Part shown: piece after piece, positions 1-8,356 of the stretch
Numbering within the stretch: position 1 is the stretch's first letter
How the letters are laid out: every line of letters starts with the position of its first letter
Assembly: GCA_044228265.1 (NCBI GenBank)
Contig: JBGAVC010000011.1
Span: 816-64,815, forward strand
Length of the DNA stretch: 64,000 bases
From: Pyrinomonadaceae bacterium
GTDB taxonomy: Bacteria; Acidobacteriota; Blastocatellia; Pyrinomonadales; Pyrinomonadaceae
Direction: 5' to 3'
Made by a program: the position numbers and the translations under genes
The notes under the pieces: model-generated
Database searches by the model: none
Seen by the model: only the letters and a program-made list of their open reading frames with translations
Told to the model about the DNA's origin: nothing

Positions 1-2
1 GG

Positions 3-605
3 ATGCGGTTTGTAGATCAAGCCTGGCGTGAAATATCCTGCGCTGTGCTTGCCTGTTATCCAGTCGGCGGCAACGGTAAGTTTGTCGTTCACCGTCTGCT
101 CGAATCCGAACTGCCCACCGCCCCTCACTGCATTCGGTGCGAAGACGTTTTTGCTGGCCACATAGCCTCCCGCCGTAACGCGCGTCTTGTTTACAGTCTT
201 GCTGACCTCAGCGTACGACCATGTGCCGAAGTTGTATGTGCGCGCTATCACCGGAACATAGAAATTGGTGCCCGCAATAAACGCGACATTCCTTTTCTTA
301 TCCTCAAAGAATTTCCACTTCACGGTCGGCACTATCGTGGTCGCGTCCTTGCCGGGCTGAATGTTTCCGGTTAGATTTAAGCCGGCCTCAACGCGGCCGC
401 CGACACCAAGAACAACGCGGGGCACAAAGCTCGAAAATTTACCGGCAGCAGCCTGATGGTTGAACTTGAACGATGCGTCGAGTTCCGCGTAGACCTTTCC
501 ACGGTCGAGAACGTCAGTCGTCGGGACGTTAAAGATCGTTTGTTGAGCGCTGACAAAAACGGCCGACGTCATGACGACGGCCGCCAATTGAATCGAGATT
601 CTCAT
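3..605 (-). CDS. putative outer-membrane beta-barrel protein, N-terminal 201 codons (C-terminus lies beyond window start)
   Basis: Open minus-strand frame absent from the supplied track because it runs off the edge. ATG at 605-603 overlaps the stop of the upstream ORF (ATGA). Translation starts MRISIQLAAVVMTSAVFVSAQQ (signal peptide), followed by alternating beta-strand-like segments (KVYAELDASFKF, VEAGLNLTG, VAFIAGTNFYVPV). Confidence 0.5.
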   Translation of the reverse strand, partial: MRISIQLAAVVMTSAVFVSAQQTIFNVPTTDVLDRGKVYAELDASFKFNHQAAAGKFSSFVPRVVLGVGGRVEAGLNLTGNIQPGKDATTIVPTVKWKFFEDKKRNVAFIAGTNFYVPVIARTYNFGTWSYAEVSKTVNKTRVTAGGYVASKNVFAPNAVRGGGQFGFEQTVNDKLTVAADWITGKHSAGYFTPGLIYKPH

Positions 606-934
606 TTCTTTACTTCGATCTCGTCCACAAACATGGATCCGATCAGGATCATCGGGATGGCAACTATCAGAAGGACCGTTCCCAGACGGTCAAATATGCG
701 ATCCGCGGAAACCATGGCATGGATCATTACTGAAACAATGCCGACGAAAAGTGCCGAGATACCCCCAAAAATGCCGAGCGACGCCATGACCGAACAAACG
801 AATGGCGTCAAGACGGCCTTTCGCAGAGATCCGCGCGATCTACGCTGAGCTGTAAGTCCGCTATCTAAAGCCGTGCTGTTCATTTTTACCTCGTCTTTCA
901 TCGAACTCTTGGTGTCGCCATTTTCGGCTGACAA
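602..934 (-). CDS. small integral membrane protein (2 predicted TM helices)
   Basis: 110-aa ORF with hydrophobic stretches VLTPFVCSVMASLGIFGGISALFVGIVSVMI and TVLLIVAIPMILIGSMF. The first codon is TTG and in-frame ATGs lie 33 and 51 nt downstream, so the start is uncertain. The stop overlaps the next gene's ATG. Confidence 0.4.
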   Translation of the reverse strand: MSAENGDTKSSMKDEVKMNSTALDSGLTAQRRSRGSLRKAVLTPFVCSVMASLGIFGGISALFVGIVSVMIHAMVSADRIFDRLGTVLLIVAIPMILIGSMFVDEIEVKK

Positions 935-1094
935 TTAGAGATTAACGAAGATGGGATAAGGGTTGAGTAAGGCTTTTATAAAAAGTTCGTAAATGTTGGA
1001 TCTAACTAAATGCTCAGTTGCCTGCAAAGAACGGCAAAGCAATATCAGAAAGCAGAGCGGCGAGAACAGCGCGTTGGAAGTTGAACTTTCGACC

Positions 1095-1793
1095 TTATTC
1101 ACCCGAAGATTGGAATCGATACCCGACCCAAGGTTCGGTGCGGATGTAGCGGGGATGTGCCGGGTCCGGCTCGACCTTTTTGCGAAGCTGGCCGATGAAT
1201 ACGCGGAGGTATTCGGTCTGTTCGGTGTAGTTACCGCCCCAGATCGCTGCAAGGATGGCACGATGGGTGATGACCTTGCCTCGATTGCGAAATAAAAAGA
1301 CGAGCAGGTCAAATTCTTTCGGAGTAAGATGGATAGGCTTGCCTGCTACCGAGATCTCGCGCGACGAGAGATCGATGTGAAATTCGCCGTCTTCGAGGAC
1401 GTCGTCCTCGGCCGATCCGCTCGCCTGTCCACGTCGAAGGCCGGCACGCACGCGTGCAAGCAATTCGTCGATGCCGAACGGCTTTGTAACGTAGTCGTCG
1501 GCACCGGCGTCGAGGGCCTCGACCTTGGTCTTTTCCTCGCCGCGAACCGAAAGCACAATGATCGGGACGTTCGAGGTTTTTCGCAGCTCGCGGCAAAATT
1601 CGATCCCGTCCATCTCCGGCATCTGCAGGTCTGTAATGATCAGGTCCGGATGCCAGTCGTGAAAAGTGTCGAGGCCTGAGACGCCGTCGGCGGCGGTACG
1701 GACATCGAACTGGTGAGCGATAAGGCTGTGCCTCAGAACACGCGTTATCTGCGGTTCGTCGTCGACCACCAGTATTTTATGGTTCTCGGTCAC
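1095..1793 (-). CDS. two-component response regulator, OmpR/PhoB family (KdpE-like)
   Basis: Receiver domain (ILVVDDEPQI, DLIITDLQMPEMDG, KPF) plus a winged-helix output domain (LTPKEFDLLVFL, YLRVFIGQLRKKVE, GYRF). The GTG start overlaps the kinase stop (GTGA). Confidence 0.9.
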   Translation of the reverse strand: MTENHKILVVDDEPQITRVLRHSLIAHQFDVRTAADGVSGLDTFHDWHPDLIITDLQMPEMDGIEFCRELRKTSNVPIIVLSVRGEEKTKVEALDAGADDYVTKPFGIDELLARVRAGLRRGQASGSAEDDVLEDGEFHIDLSSREISVAGKPIHLTPKEFDLLVFLFRNRGKVITHRAILAAIWGGNYTEQTEYLRVFIGQLRKKVEPDPAHPRYIRTEPWVGYRFQSSGE

Positions 1794-2905
1794 TCTTCTC
1801 CTATCTGCAGCGAGACCACGACCTTGGTACCCGGTTTGTTTGTCCTGGATCTGATCTCGATCGTACCGTTTTGCGCCTCGACTATCCCTTTGGCTATTGC
1901 CAGGCCCAAACCGAGCCCGCTTCGCGAAGTCCCGTCAAGCCGAACGAATTTTTCGAAAACACGCTCACGCATCTCGGGCGGGATGCCCTTGCCTTCGTCC
2001 GCCACGGAGATCTTCACGCTGTCACCGTGGGACTCCGCCGAAATCGTGACCGTAGTCCCGGGCTGAGAATATTTCGCAGCATTCTCGACTAGATTGTATA
2101 TCACTTCTGCGATGGCTCTGGCGTCGGCACGCACCAGCGGTATTTCCTTTTCCATATTCACCACGACGTGGTGCCGGCTGAGGCATTCCTCTGCCCTCTC
2201 CAGGGCGCTCGCAAGTATTTCTTCTACGTTGGCGAGCGAGGACGGCGATCCCGGGGAACCGGCCTCGACCCGTGCCAGAGCGACCATGCTCTGAATGAAC
2301 CCGTTCAACCGGTCGGTTTCTTCGTTAATGATATTCAGGAATTCTAAGCGGCCGCGGCCGTCGAGCTCGATCGTCCGGTGACCGCCCTCGCTGTCAAGCA
2401 GAGTTGTCACGGCGGCCTTGATCGACGTAAGCGGCGTACGCAGGTCGTGCGTTACGGCGTCCAACAACGCCGATTTGAGCTTCTCGCTCTGTTTCAAGGC
2501 TTCGGCTTCTGTGGCCGTCTTGAACGCCGTTTGAAGTTCATCGTAGAGCCGTTTGGACTCGTTCGCACGGCGTCTCGCGTAGGCCGATAGTTCACCGGCG
2601 ATGATCGCTGTAAGCGTAAACGCAGCCCATGCCACCAGATTTTGCGGGTCGGCGATCGTCCAGGTGTGAACAGGTGGTATGAAAAAGTAGTTGAAACACA
2701 GCATCGCCACAAACGAGGCAAGCAATGCCGGATTGCGGCCAAAGAACGTCGCCGACGTGAGAACGCCGAGCAATAACACGAGCGCGACCGTGGTTGTGTT
2801 TATGTGCGTTTCGACCGACGCAAGAAACAGAGTGACCAGAAGTATCGCGGCTAGCGAAACGCCGAAGCGAATGGGTTTCGAACTGAAGATGCTCTCGACC
2901 TTCAT
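1790..2905 (-). CDS. sensor histidine kinase with DUF4118-like membrane module (resembles the C-terminal half of KdpD)
   Basis: 371 aa. N-terminal multi-TM region, H-box AVTHDLRTPLTSI, HATPase_c boxes NLVENAAKYS, DEGKGIP, GLGLAIAKGIV. The ATG directly abuts the glyQS stop (TAA-ATG). Confidence 0.9.
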   Translation of the reverse strand: MKVESIFSSKPIRFGVSLAAILLVTLFLASVETHINTTTVALVLLLGVLTSATFFGRNPALLASFVAMLCFNYFFIPPVHTWTIADPQNLVAWAAFTLTAIIAGELSAYARRRANESKRLYDELQTAFKTATEAEALKQSEKLKSALLDAVTHDLRTPLTSIKAAVTTLLDSEGGHRTIELDGRGRLEFLNIINEETDRLNGFIQSMVALARVEAGSPGSPSSLANVEEILASALERAEECLSRHHVVVNMEKEIPLVRADARAIAEVIYNLVENAAKYSQPGTTVTISAESHGDSVKISVADEGKGIPPEMRERVFEKFVRLDGTSRSGLGLGLAIAKGIVEAQNGTIEIRSRTNKPGTKVVVSLQIGEE

Positions 2906-4302
2906 TTATCCGAGTCGATCGGCGAGATATCCTCTCAAGGCGTCGACACCGACGCGTTCCTGCTCCCATGTGTCACGGTCACGGACCGTCACGGCCTGGT
3001 CTTCGAGCGTTTTGTGGTCGACAGTGACGCAGAACGGCGTGCCGATCTCGTCCTGGCGGGCGTAGAGCTTGCCGATGCCGCCCGTGTCGTCGTAAACGGT
3101 GCGCATATGAGGCTGGAGGTCGTGTTTGAGCTTTTTCGCTGTTTCGACGATCTCGGCGTTGTTTTTGGCAAGCGGGAGGACGGCGACCTTGATCGGGGCC
3201 ATTTCGGGCGTGAGTTTCAGGATGACGCGGACCTCGCCCTTATCATTCGTCTTCTCGGTGTAGGCGTCCATCATTACGGCCAAAGCGTGCGGTTTACGCC
3301 GATCGCCGGCTCGATGACGTATGGATAAAACCGCTCGTTGGTCTGCGGGTCAAAATAGGAGAGGTCCTCGGTCGAATCCGGGTTGATCCGCTTCCCTTCC
3401 GCGTCTTCGGGCTTTTTCGAGTGGACACGCAGGTCATAGTCCGTGCGGTTGGCGATGCCCATCAGCTCGTCCCACTGCTTGTCCTCGTCCTCGCGTTCCG
3501 GGAAAAAACGGTACATGATATCGACCGTGCGGACGGCGTAATGCGCAAGCTCCTCTCTTGACTGCTCGTAAAGCGAGAGATTTCCAGCCGAGATGCCCAA
3601 GCCTTGTATCCACGCCTGAAACCCGTCGATCCACTCCTGATGCACCGCCGCGGCGTCCTCGGCACGGCAGAAATACTCCATCTCCATCTGCTCGAACTCG
3701 CGCGTGCGGAAAATAAAGTTTCCCGGCGTCACCTCGTTGCGAAACGCTTTTCCGATCTGGGCGATGCCGAACGGCAGTTTTCGCCGCGAAGTGTTCAGGA
3801 CATTGGCGAAGTTGATAAAAATGCCCTGCGCCGTCTCCGGCCTCAAATACGCCAGCGCCGTCGGGTCGTCATCGCTCGAGACCGCACCCATCGTCGTCTT
3901 GAACATCAGGTTGAACTCGCGGGCCTCCGTCAGGCTGCACTCGCCGCTCTCGCCGGGATGCACCTCCGGGTGGTTGACGCATTGGACGTCCTGCAGCTTA
4001 TCCAGGCGAAACCGGCCCTTGCACGTCCGGCAGTCGACAAGCGGATCGTGAAACGTCTGCTCGTGGCCGCTGTATTTCCACACCATCCGGTTCTGGATGA
4101 TCGACGAATCCAACCCCTCAATGTCGTCACGCTCGTAAACCAGCCAATTCCACCAGCTCTTTTTGATGTTATTTGCCAGTTCGACGCCCAGCGGCCCGTA
4201 GTCCCATGACGATCCGAGCCCGCCGTATATGTCGGACGCCGGAAAAACAAATCCGCGGCGCTTTGAGAGCGAGACGATAGTTTCGATATTAGGTGCTGTC
4301 AT
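2906..4302 (-). pseudogene. glyQS: glycine--tRNA ligase (homodimeric class II type), reading frame broken by an apparent 1-nt deletion near 3282-3284
   Basis: ORF 3274-4302 holds the catalytic core (MTAPNIETIVSLSKRRGFVFPASDIYGG..., ends VIEPAIGVNRTLWP*). ORF 2906-3283, in another frame, continues with (L)AVMMDAYTEK... and an anticodon-binding domain. Adding one T to the TTT run restores ...NRTLLAVMMDAY. Confidence 0.85.
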
Positions 4303-4648
4303 TATGCAAAAAAGCCCGGACCGCCCGGGAAGAAAGATAGATTTTAGCAGTTTAACAACCGCTTATCACTTTCAGGCGAGGAAAAAGAGGTCCGACAATT
4401 CGAGGGAGCAAGACATGAGACCGGTTGTAATAGGAGTGTTTCCGGTTTTCAAACAAAGCGGAAGACATTCTCAAATCGTATAGAAAGTAGACCCGCCCCT
4501 GTTCCTTATCGTTCTAATGTGCGCAGTCGTACATACTCGACAAAGGGGGCTTTAGCATAATCAATATCACAGACCAATGGGGCCATAATGGTGATCAGAA
4601 GAATTTACGGCCGCAGATATTCGAAACTAAAGATCCAGGAGTAATAAA

Positions 4649-4906
4649 ATGGGACAGGGAACACAGACAGAAAAGGAAAAGGAACAGGAACAGGAACAGA
4701 AAACAGAAACCAGCACTTTTCCGGGGCAAGGACAGCCGGGTAAGGGTCCGGGACAGTTGAACCAGGAACCGCAGCATCAGAGCGAGCATGGACTGCAGCC
4801 GATCCCGAACCGTAAGGAAGACAATGAGAAACAATCCGACCCTGTCGAACAGAGCGAACAAAACAAAAGGCCGCGAGTTCCGGACGATACTGGCGCTGAA
4901 CAATAG
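4649..4906 (+). CDS. small, highly hydrophilic low-complexity protein (85 aa, E/Q/K/G/P-rich), function unknown
   Basis: AGGAG lies about 8 nt upstream of the ATG and a clear intrinsic terminator lies 43 nt after the stop. The composition has no hydrophobic core (MGQGTQTEKEKEQEQEQKTETS...). Confidence 0.45.
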   Translation: MGQGTQTEKEKEQEQEQKTETSTFPGQGQPGKGPGQLNQEPQHQSEHGLQPIPNRKEDNEKQSDPVEQSEQNKRPRVPDDTGAEQ

Positions 4907-4948
4907 AACGATGCGGGCCCAGGCGACGTCAAATGCCGTGTAAAATTG

Positions 4949-4976
4949 CTCCGTCCTTATGGGCGGAGTTTTTTTT
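4949..4976 (+). terminator. rho-independent terminator
   Basis: CTCCGTCC-TTAT-GGGCGGAG stem (8 bp, one G-U) followed by T8. Confidence 0.7.
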
Positions 4977-5005
4977 GTCTGTTTTTACCTCTTTCTGCGG
5001 GCGCA

Positions 5006-5194
5006 GAGGAGACGATAGGCGAATACGTCCAGCGACGGCGTGTCGAATACGAGATCGAAATGTTTCATCGCAAGGATCAGGCTCTTGCCGAAATCTCGCA
5101 TTCAGCCGGTTTTTCGGACCAGAGCCATTTTACCCGTTTTTTCAAACGCCAGACCGGAATCACACCCGGTGCCTATCGCCGAATGACGGGCTGA
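5006..5194 (+). pseudogene. C-terminal remnant of an AraC/XylS-family regulator (second HTH only)
   Basis: Translation ...TIGEYVQRRRVEYEIEMFHRKDQALAEISHSAGFSDQSHFTRFFKRQTGITPGAYRRMTG matches the conserved AraC C-terminal HTH signature (GF.dqShFsR.Fk...G.tP..yR). There is no N-terminal domain, no plausible start, and it begins right after a terminator. Confidence 0.7.
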
Positions 5195-5264
5195 CCAGTT
5201 TTTGTCACAGTTGTTTCATAGGTGACCCCAAATCTCCCAAATCTTAATGCCCCAAATCTAAAGG

Positions 5265-7073
5265 TCATTTTGCTTTCGTTAATTCAGCCAGTTTTACGGC
5301 TGGCCGGCGGTTCATTGGATTCAGCTTCAAGCATCGTTCGTATTGAGCGATCGCTTCGGCTATCATGCCGTTCGCCTCGAACGAGTCACCAAGTCTTTCG
5401 GTTAGGAAGAGATTGTCCGGAAAGATCTCTAAACCAAGCTTAAAAATATCCATTGCTTCCTTCGGCTTTTTGTCGTCATTCAACAATGTGACACCGAGGT
5501 TGCCAAAGATATAAGACGAAAGATATTGTTCGGATTGAGTTCCATTCCATTCGCGGGCTTTTTTAATGGCGGCCTCGACACCGTTTTCCGCAATGATCTT
5601 CTTTAGTTCGAGAAATAGCTTCCTCTCGTTGGCCGCTCGCAGTTCAAAGGCGACACTGATCTTTTCCGGAACCTTTTTACCGTCTAGAAAATCCGACATA
5701 GCCGCTAAAACCTGTGGTGAAAGGTGATAAAAATTATGCGAGGCTCCCTCAACAACGATTTGCTGACTGTTGGTAAACTGTTGCCGGACAATAGCGGCAT
5801 CGGGTAAAGATGTGCGGCCGTCGAGCGTTGCGCTAAGGAAAAGAGCGGGGACATCGCTTTTGAACGGAGCTCGAAATTCACCACCTAGATCCTTAACATT
5901 CCACGCTGCAAGAAACTCTTTTTCACTGTACGGGTAATTCATGCCGCGACCAAAAAGCGTCTTGCCTTCCTGCTTCTCGATCTCGTTCGATCTTTCCGAG
6001 GAGACGCCCGAGGCAATATGCATCGAAAACCGCATTGCAGTTCCCCAGTCTCTTTGTTTTATCGCGGCGTTGACCATCTGTGCGGTAAATCCGTAATCGC
6101 CATCCTGCATTTGGCCGAACAGCATCGGAAGCATCTTGACAAACTCCAAATCTCCGGACCGCAGAGCGACTAGGGTTTGAACTTCCAACTTGCCTATTTT
6201 TACCGCGTTCCCGTTCAGCCGAACATTGACTGGGTTCTTTTCCAGTCGCGAGAACACCGTCGAGACCGCTTGTCTTAAACTCGGCATTTGACGCTTCAGC
6301 CTCTGGTCCAGTTTTATGTATGAATCGACTCGATCGATCAAGTCGTCAAGATTCGACGGGTACCGCCAGCGTTGGTCCAGGCCGTTGATGCTTCCCAGGA
6401 TCGCTCGATCAACGCTGCCCGGATACCGCTTGATAAATGCCAACGCCAAGTGAGTGCCATAGCTGTGTCCCCAAACGGTTAGCTTTTCCGCGCCCAATGC
6501 CTTTCGCAGATCCTCTACATCGTCGGCATTCTCGGCGGTGTTATATGACGATAGATTTATTCCACGGCTGGCAATTTCGGCTGCGGCCGCTTTAGCTTTT
6601 TCGGTAACATAAAGCCGGCTCGCATCCTCGTCCAATGTTGCGTCGGCCGGCATTGCTGTTCGTCCGGAAATATTCAAACTCGGTTCCGCCCGACCGGTAC
6701 CCCGTTGGTCAAATACAATTACATCCGAGCGCTGGCGTAACGCCATCAGAAGCGGGAAAATTTCTTCCTTTGCACTGAGGAGACCCGATGCACCGGGTCC
6801 GCCTGCTAAATAAATTATCGGATTGCCCGGCTTTGTTGCCAAAGTCTTGAATCTGACAACCGGCAGCTTTATGGTCGGGCTTTGCGGGTTAGCATGAGTT
6901 TCGCGCACGATGACCCAACCGGTCTCAGCATCAGCTACTTCACCTGAGGTGGATATGAATCTTGTCGGCTGGAAATTAATCGGCTTGTTTGACTGAGCAC
7001 AGACAAACGAAGCTGGCATCAATAACGCGATTAAGACCGCGTTTCCGATTTGTCGGATTCTACAAATAATCAT
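5265..7073 (-). CDS. secreted alpha/beta-hydrolase (S33 prolyl/tripeptidyl aminopeptidase-like) with C-terminal TPR-like repeats
   Basis: 602 aa. Signal peptide, LAGGPGASG oxyanion region, nucleophile elbow GHSYG, and a C-terminal TPR-like segment (AIAQYERCLKLNPMN). Confidence 0.75.
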   Translation of the reverse strand: MIICRIRQIGNAVLIALLMPASFVCAQSNKPINFQPTRFISTSGEVADAETGWVIVRETHANPQSPTIKLPVVRFKTLATKPGNPIIYLAGGPGASGLLSAKEEIFPLLMALRQRSDVIVFDQRGTGRAEPSLNISGRTAMPADATLDEDASRLYVTEKAKAAAAEIASRGINLSSYNTAENADDVEDLRKALGAEKLTVWGHSYGTHLALAFIKRYPGSVDRAILGSINGLDQRWRYPSNLDDLIDRVDSYIKLDQRLKRQMPSLRQAVSTVFSRLEKNPVNVRLNGNAVKIGKLEVQTLVALRSGDLEFVKMLPMLFGQMQDGDYGFTAQMVNAAIKQRDWGTAMRFSMHIASGVSSERSNEIEKQEGKTLFGRGMNYPYSEKEFLAAWNVKDLGGEFRAPFKSDVPALFLSATLDGRTSLPDAAIVRQQFTNSQQIVVEGASHNFYHLSPQVLAAMSDFLDGKKVPEKISVAFELRAANERKLFLELKKIIAENGVEAAIKKAREWNGTQSEQYLSSYIFGNLGVTLLNDDKKPKEAMDIFKLGLEIFPDNLFLTERLGDSFEANGMIAEAIAQYERCLKLNPMNRRPAVKLAELTKAK

Positions 7074-7382
7074 GATTTACAGCTAACTCCTTTAATTACT
7101 ACGATACTGCCTATTGGTTAACACCGCCGCCTTAAATGATGTGACACTTTTTCGTCGAAATGTATTCCAGGCTGAATGCTGCGCTATGATGTGGTTTTTA
7201 GTATTGTGGTTAATGTGACAGTTGCTAGAGCGCTGCCGAAAGTTTGGCATCTCCCATCAATTTGCGTCGGAAGTCACGCTCACCTACACTCGCACATCTT
7301 TATCCTGGTCTTTTTGGTTGGTTGCTGAGTTAGCTGACAATAAAACATCTCTCAGTAAGAACGGGGTCACCGTAAGAACGAT

Positions 7383-7420
7383 AAGAACGGAGTCAGGCCT
7401 ACTTTCTTGATGATTCTCAC
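7383..7420. repeat. solo copy of the left end of the 7990-8336 element (34/38 identical to 7992-8029)
   Basis: AAGAACGGAGTCAGGCCTACTTTCTTGATGATTCTCAC versus AAGAACGGGGTCAGGCCTACTTTCTTTACGATTCTCAT. Preceded by further partial copies of AAGAACGG(G)GTCA at 7357-7369 and 7374-7380. Confidence 0.75.
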
Positions 7421-7811
7421 CTTGGACTAAGTTGCTCCATAACCCGGAAAATAAAGGCGTCACGGAAAGTAAAGGGGTCAAACTTGCAATCTGGGAATTC
7501 TTCATCAGTTACCTCTGTCGACAACTGCCCGGCAACGCCGTCCCGGAATTGCGAAAAATGCCGGACTCTAAGTTGTTTCAAGGGGCCTGGATCTGCATCG
7601 TCGATGCCCATCTACTTAAGGGGTTTGGAGCATTTCTTAAGTGGAACGACTGTGGCGGACTAAATCATGTGTTCTCAGTCATTTAGCCGTTCCACTGTCG
7701 CATAAGATAAGAGGAACGGCCGCTCGGAGCGGCTTCTGCCCTCCTTCGTGAGAGCTGATCGGCTGTTTAAGCGAATTCCGCGTTATCAGGGCAGACTTGG
7801 GACCGAAGAAG

Positions 7812-7992
7812 ATCGGGGCCGGAATACGTTCCGGCCCCGCTTGAATGTACTAACTGAATGACGCTGAGCTATCGCATCACAGGCAATTTGGCTCCCGGAG
7901 GAACGACCCATACCTGGTATGTCGTACGTGCTCTGCTGCCGCCCTTGATCACGTCGATCCGACTGGGATCGAGATGAAGGTCTTTGACCAGA
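7812..7992. repeat. orphan copy of the 3' end plus terminator of the PEGA-domain gene (direct repeat of 11761-11941)
   Basis: 181 nt with a single mismatch relative to 11761-11941 (constant offset 3949). Weaker similarity extends about 55 nt further left (7757-7811 versus 11698-11760). It is not attached to any ORF with a start codon. Confidence 0.9.
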
Positions 7993-8336
7993 AGAACGGG
8001 GTCAGGCCTACTTTCTTTACGATTCTCATGATCCATTTGGCGTCTGCGTGACCCGGGGGACGGCTTGTTCCAGTTGGTCGTCGTTTCTCATGGTGTGTAG
8101 CGCAGCATCGTGGCGGCGGCTGATGGTTGCGATGCTGAGACTCGTGAGCTCGGACAGGGCCAAAGTACTCATCCCGGCTCGCCGCCCGGCAACGATCAGG
8201 ATCTCTCTGGCCGCGACCAGATGCCGTCCCTTTGCTTTGCTGCAAATATCGTCTCGCGAGACCTTATACAATTGCTCCAAATACGGGTCCGATTGGCATA
8301 GGATCGCCCTGTGACGCCCCTTGGCCCCGTTCTTCT
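7990..8336. mobile_element. 347-bp segment bounded by imperfect terminal inverted repeats, enclosing a small HTH ORF; probable decayed transposable / REP-associated element
   Basis: Left end AGAAGAACGGGGTCAGG (7990-8006) and the reverse complement of 8319-8336 (AGAAGAACGGGGCCAAGG) share 12 contiguous identical bases and 15/17 overall. On the opposite strand the left end reads GTAGGCCTGACCCCGTTC (GTAG-headed, like REP elements). Confidence 0.4.
8026..8280 (-). CDS. 84-aa helix-turn-helix protein resembling the DnaA_C-like C-terminal domain found on IS200/RayT-type transposase-like proteins; possibly a remnant
   Basis: The pattern ...ICSKAKGRHLVAAREILIVAGRRAGMSTLALSELTSLSIATISRRHDAA resembles the 'sR...v.aR.ia.yl.re.g.s..eig..lg.s.stvs' pattern. 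No Y1 transposase domain fits in the 130 nt upstream. Confidence 0.35.
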   Translation of the reverse strand: MEQLYKVSRDDICSKAKGRHLVAAREILIVAGRRAGMSTLALSELTSLSIATISRRHDAALHTMRNDDQLEQAVPRVTQTPNGS

Positions 8337-8356
8337 TCAGTCTGAGCTAACTGATC

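Noticed and set aside
3-374. 123-aa plus-strand ORF at the window start
   Set aside because: It is the shadow of the minus-strand signal-peptide-bearing beta-barrel frame, which is translationally coupled to the upstream gene.
935-1312. 125-aa minus-strand ORF overlapping the response-regulator 3' end
   Set aside because: It is an alternative frame of a well-supported gene and has no independent signals.
4595-4903. 102-aa minus-strand ORF with FLFLFLFLF
   Set aside because: It is antisense translation of the hexamer repeat inside the small hydrophilic gene. It has no RBS, and the plus-strand unit has both an RBS and a terminator.
5227-5259. CCCAAATCT repeated three times just downstream of the hydrolase stop
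   Set aside because: It is real in the sequence but too short to distinguish from chance or a slippage scar. There is no palindrome and no nearby promoter context.
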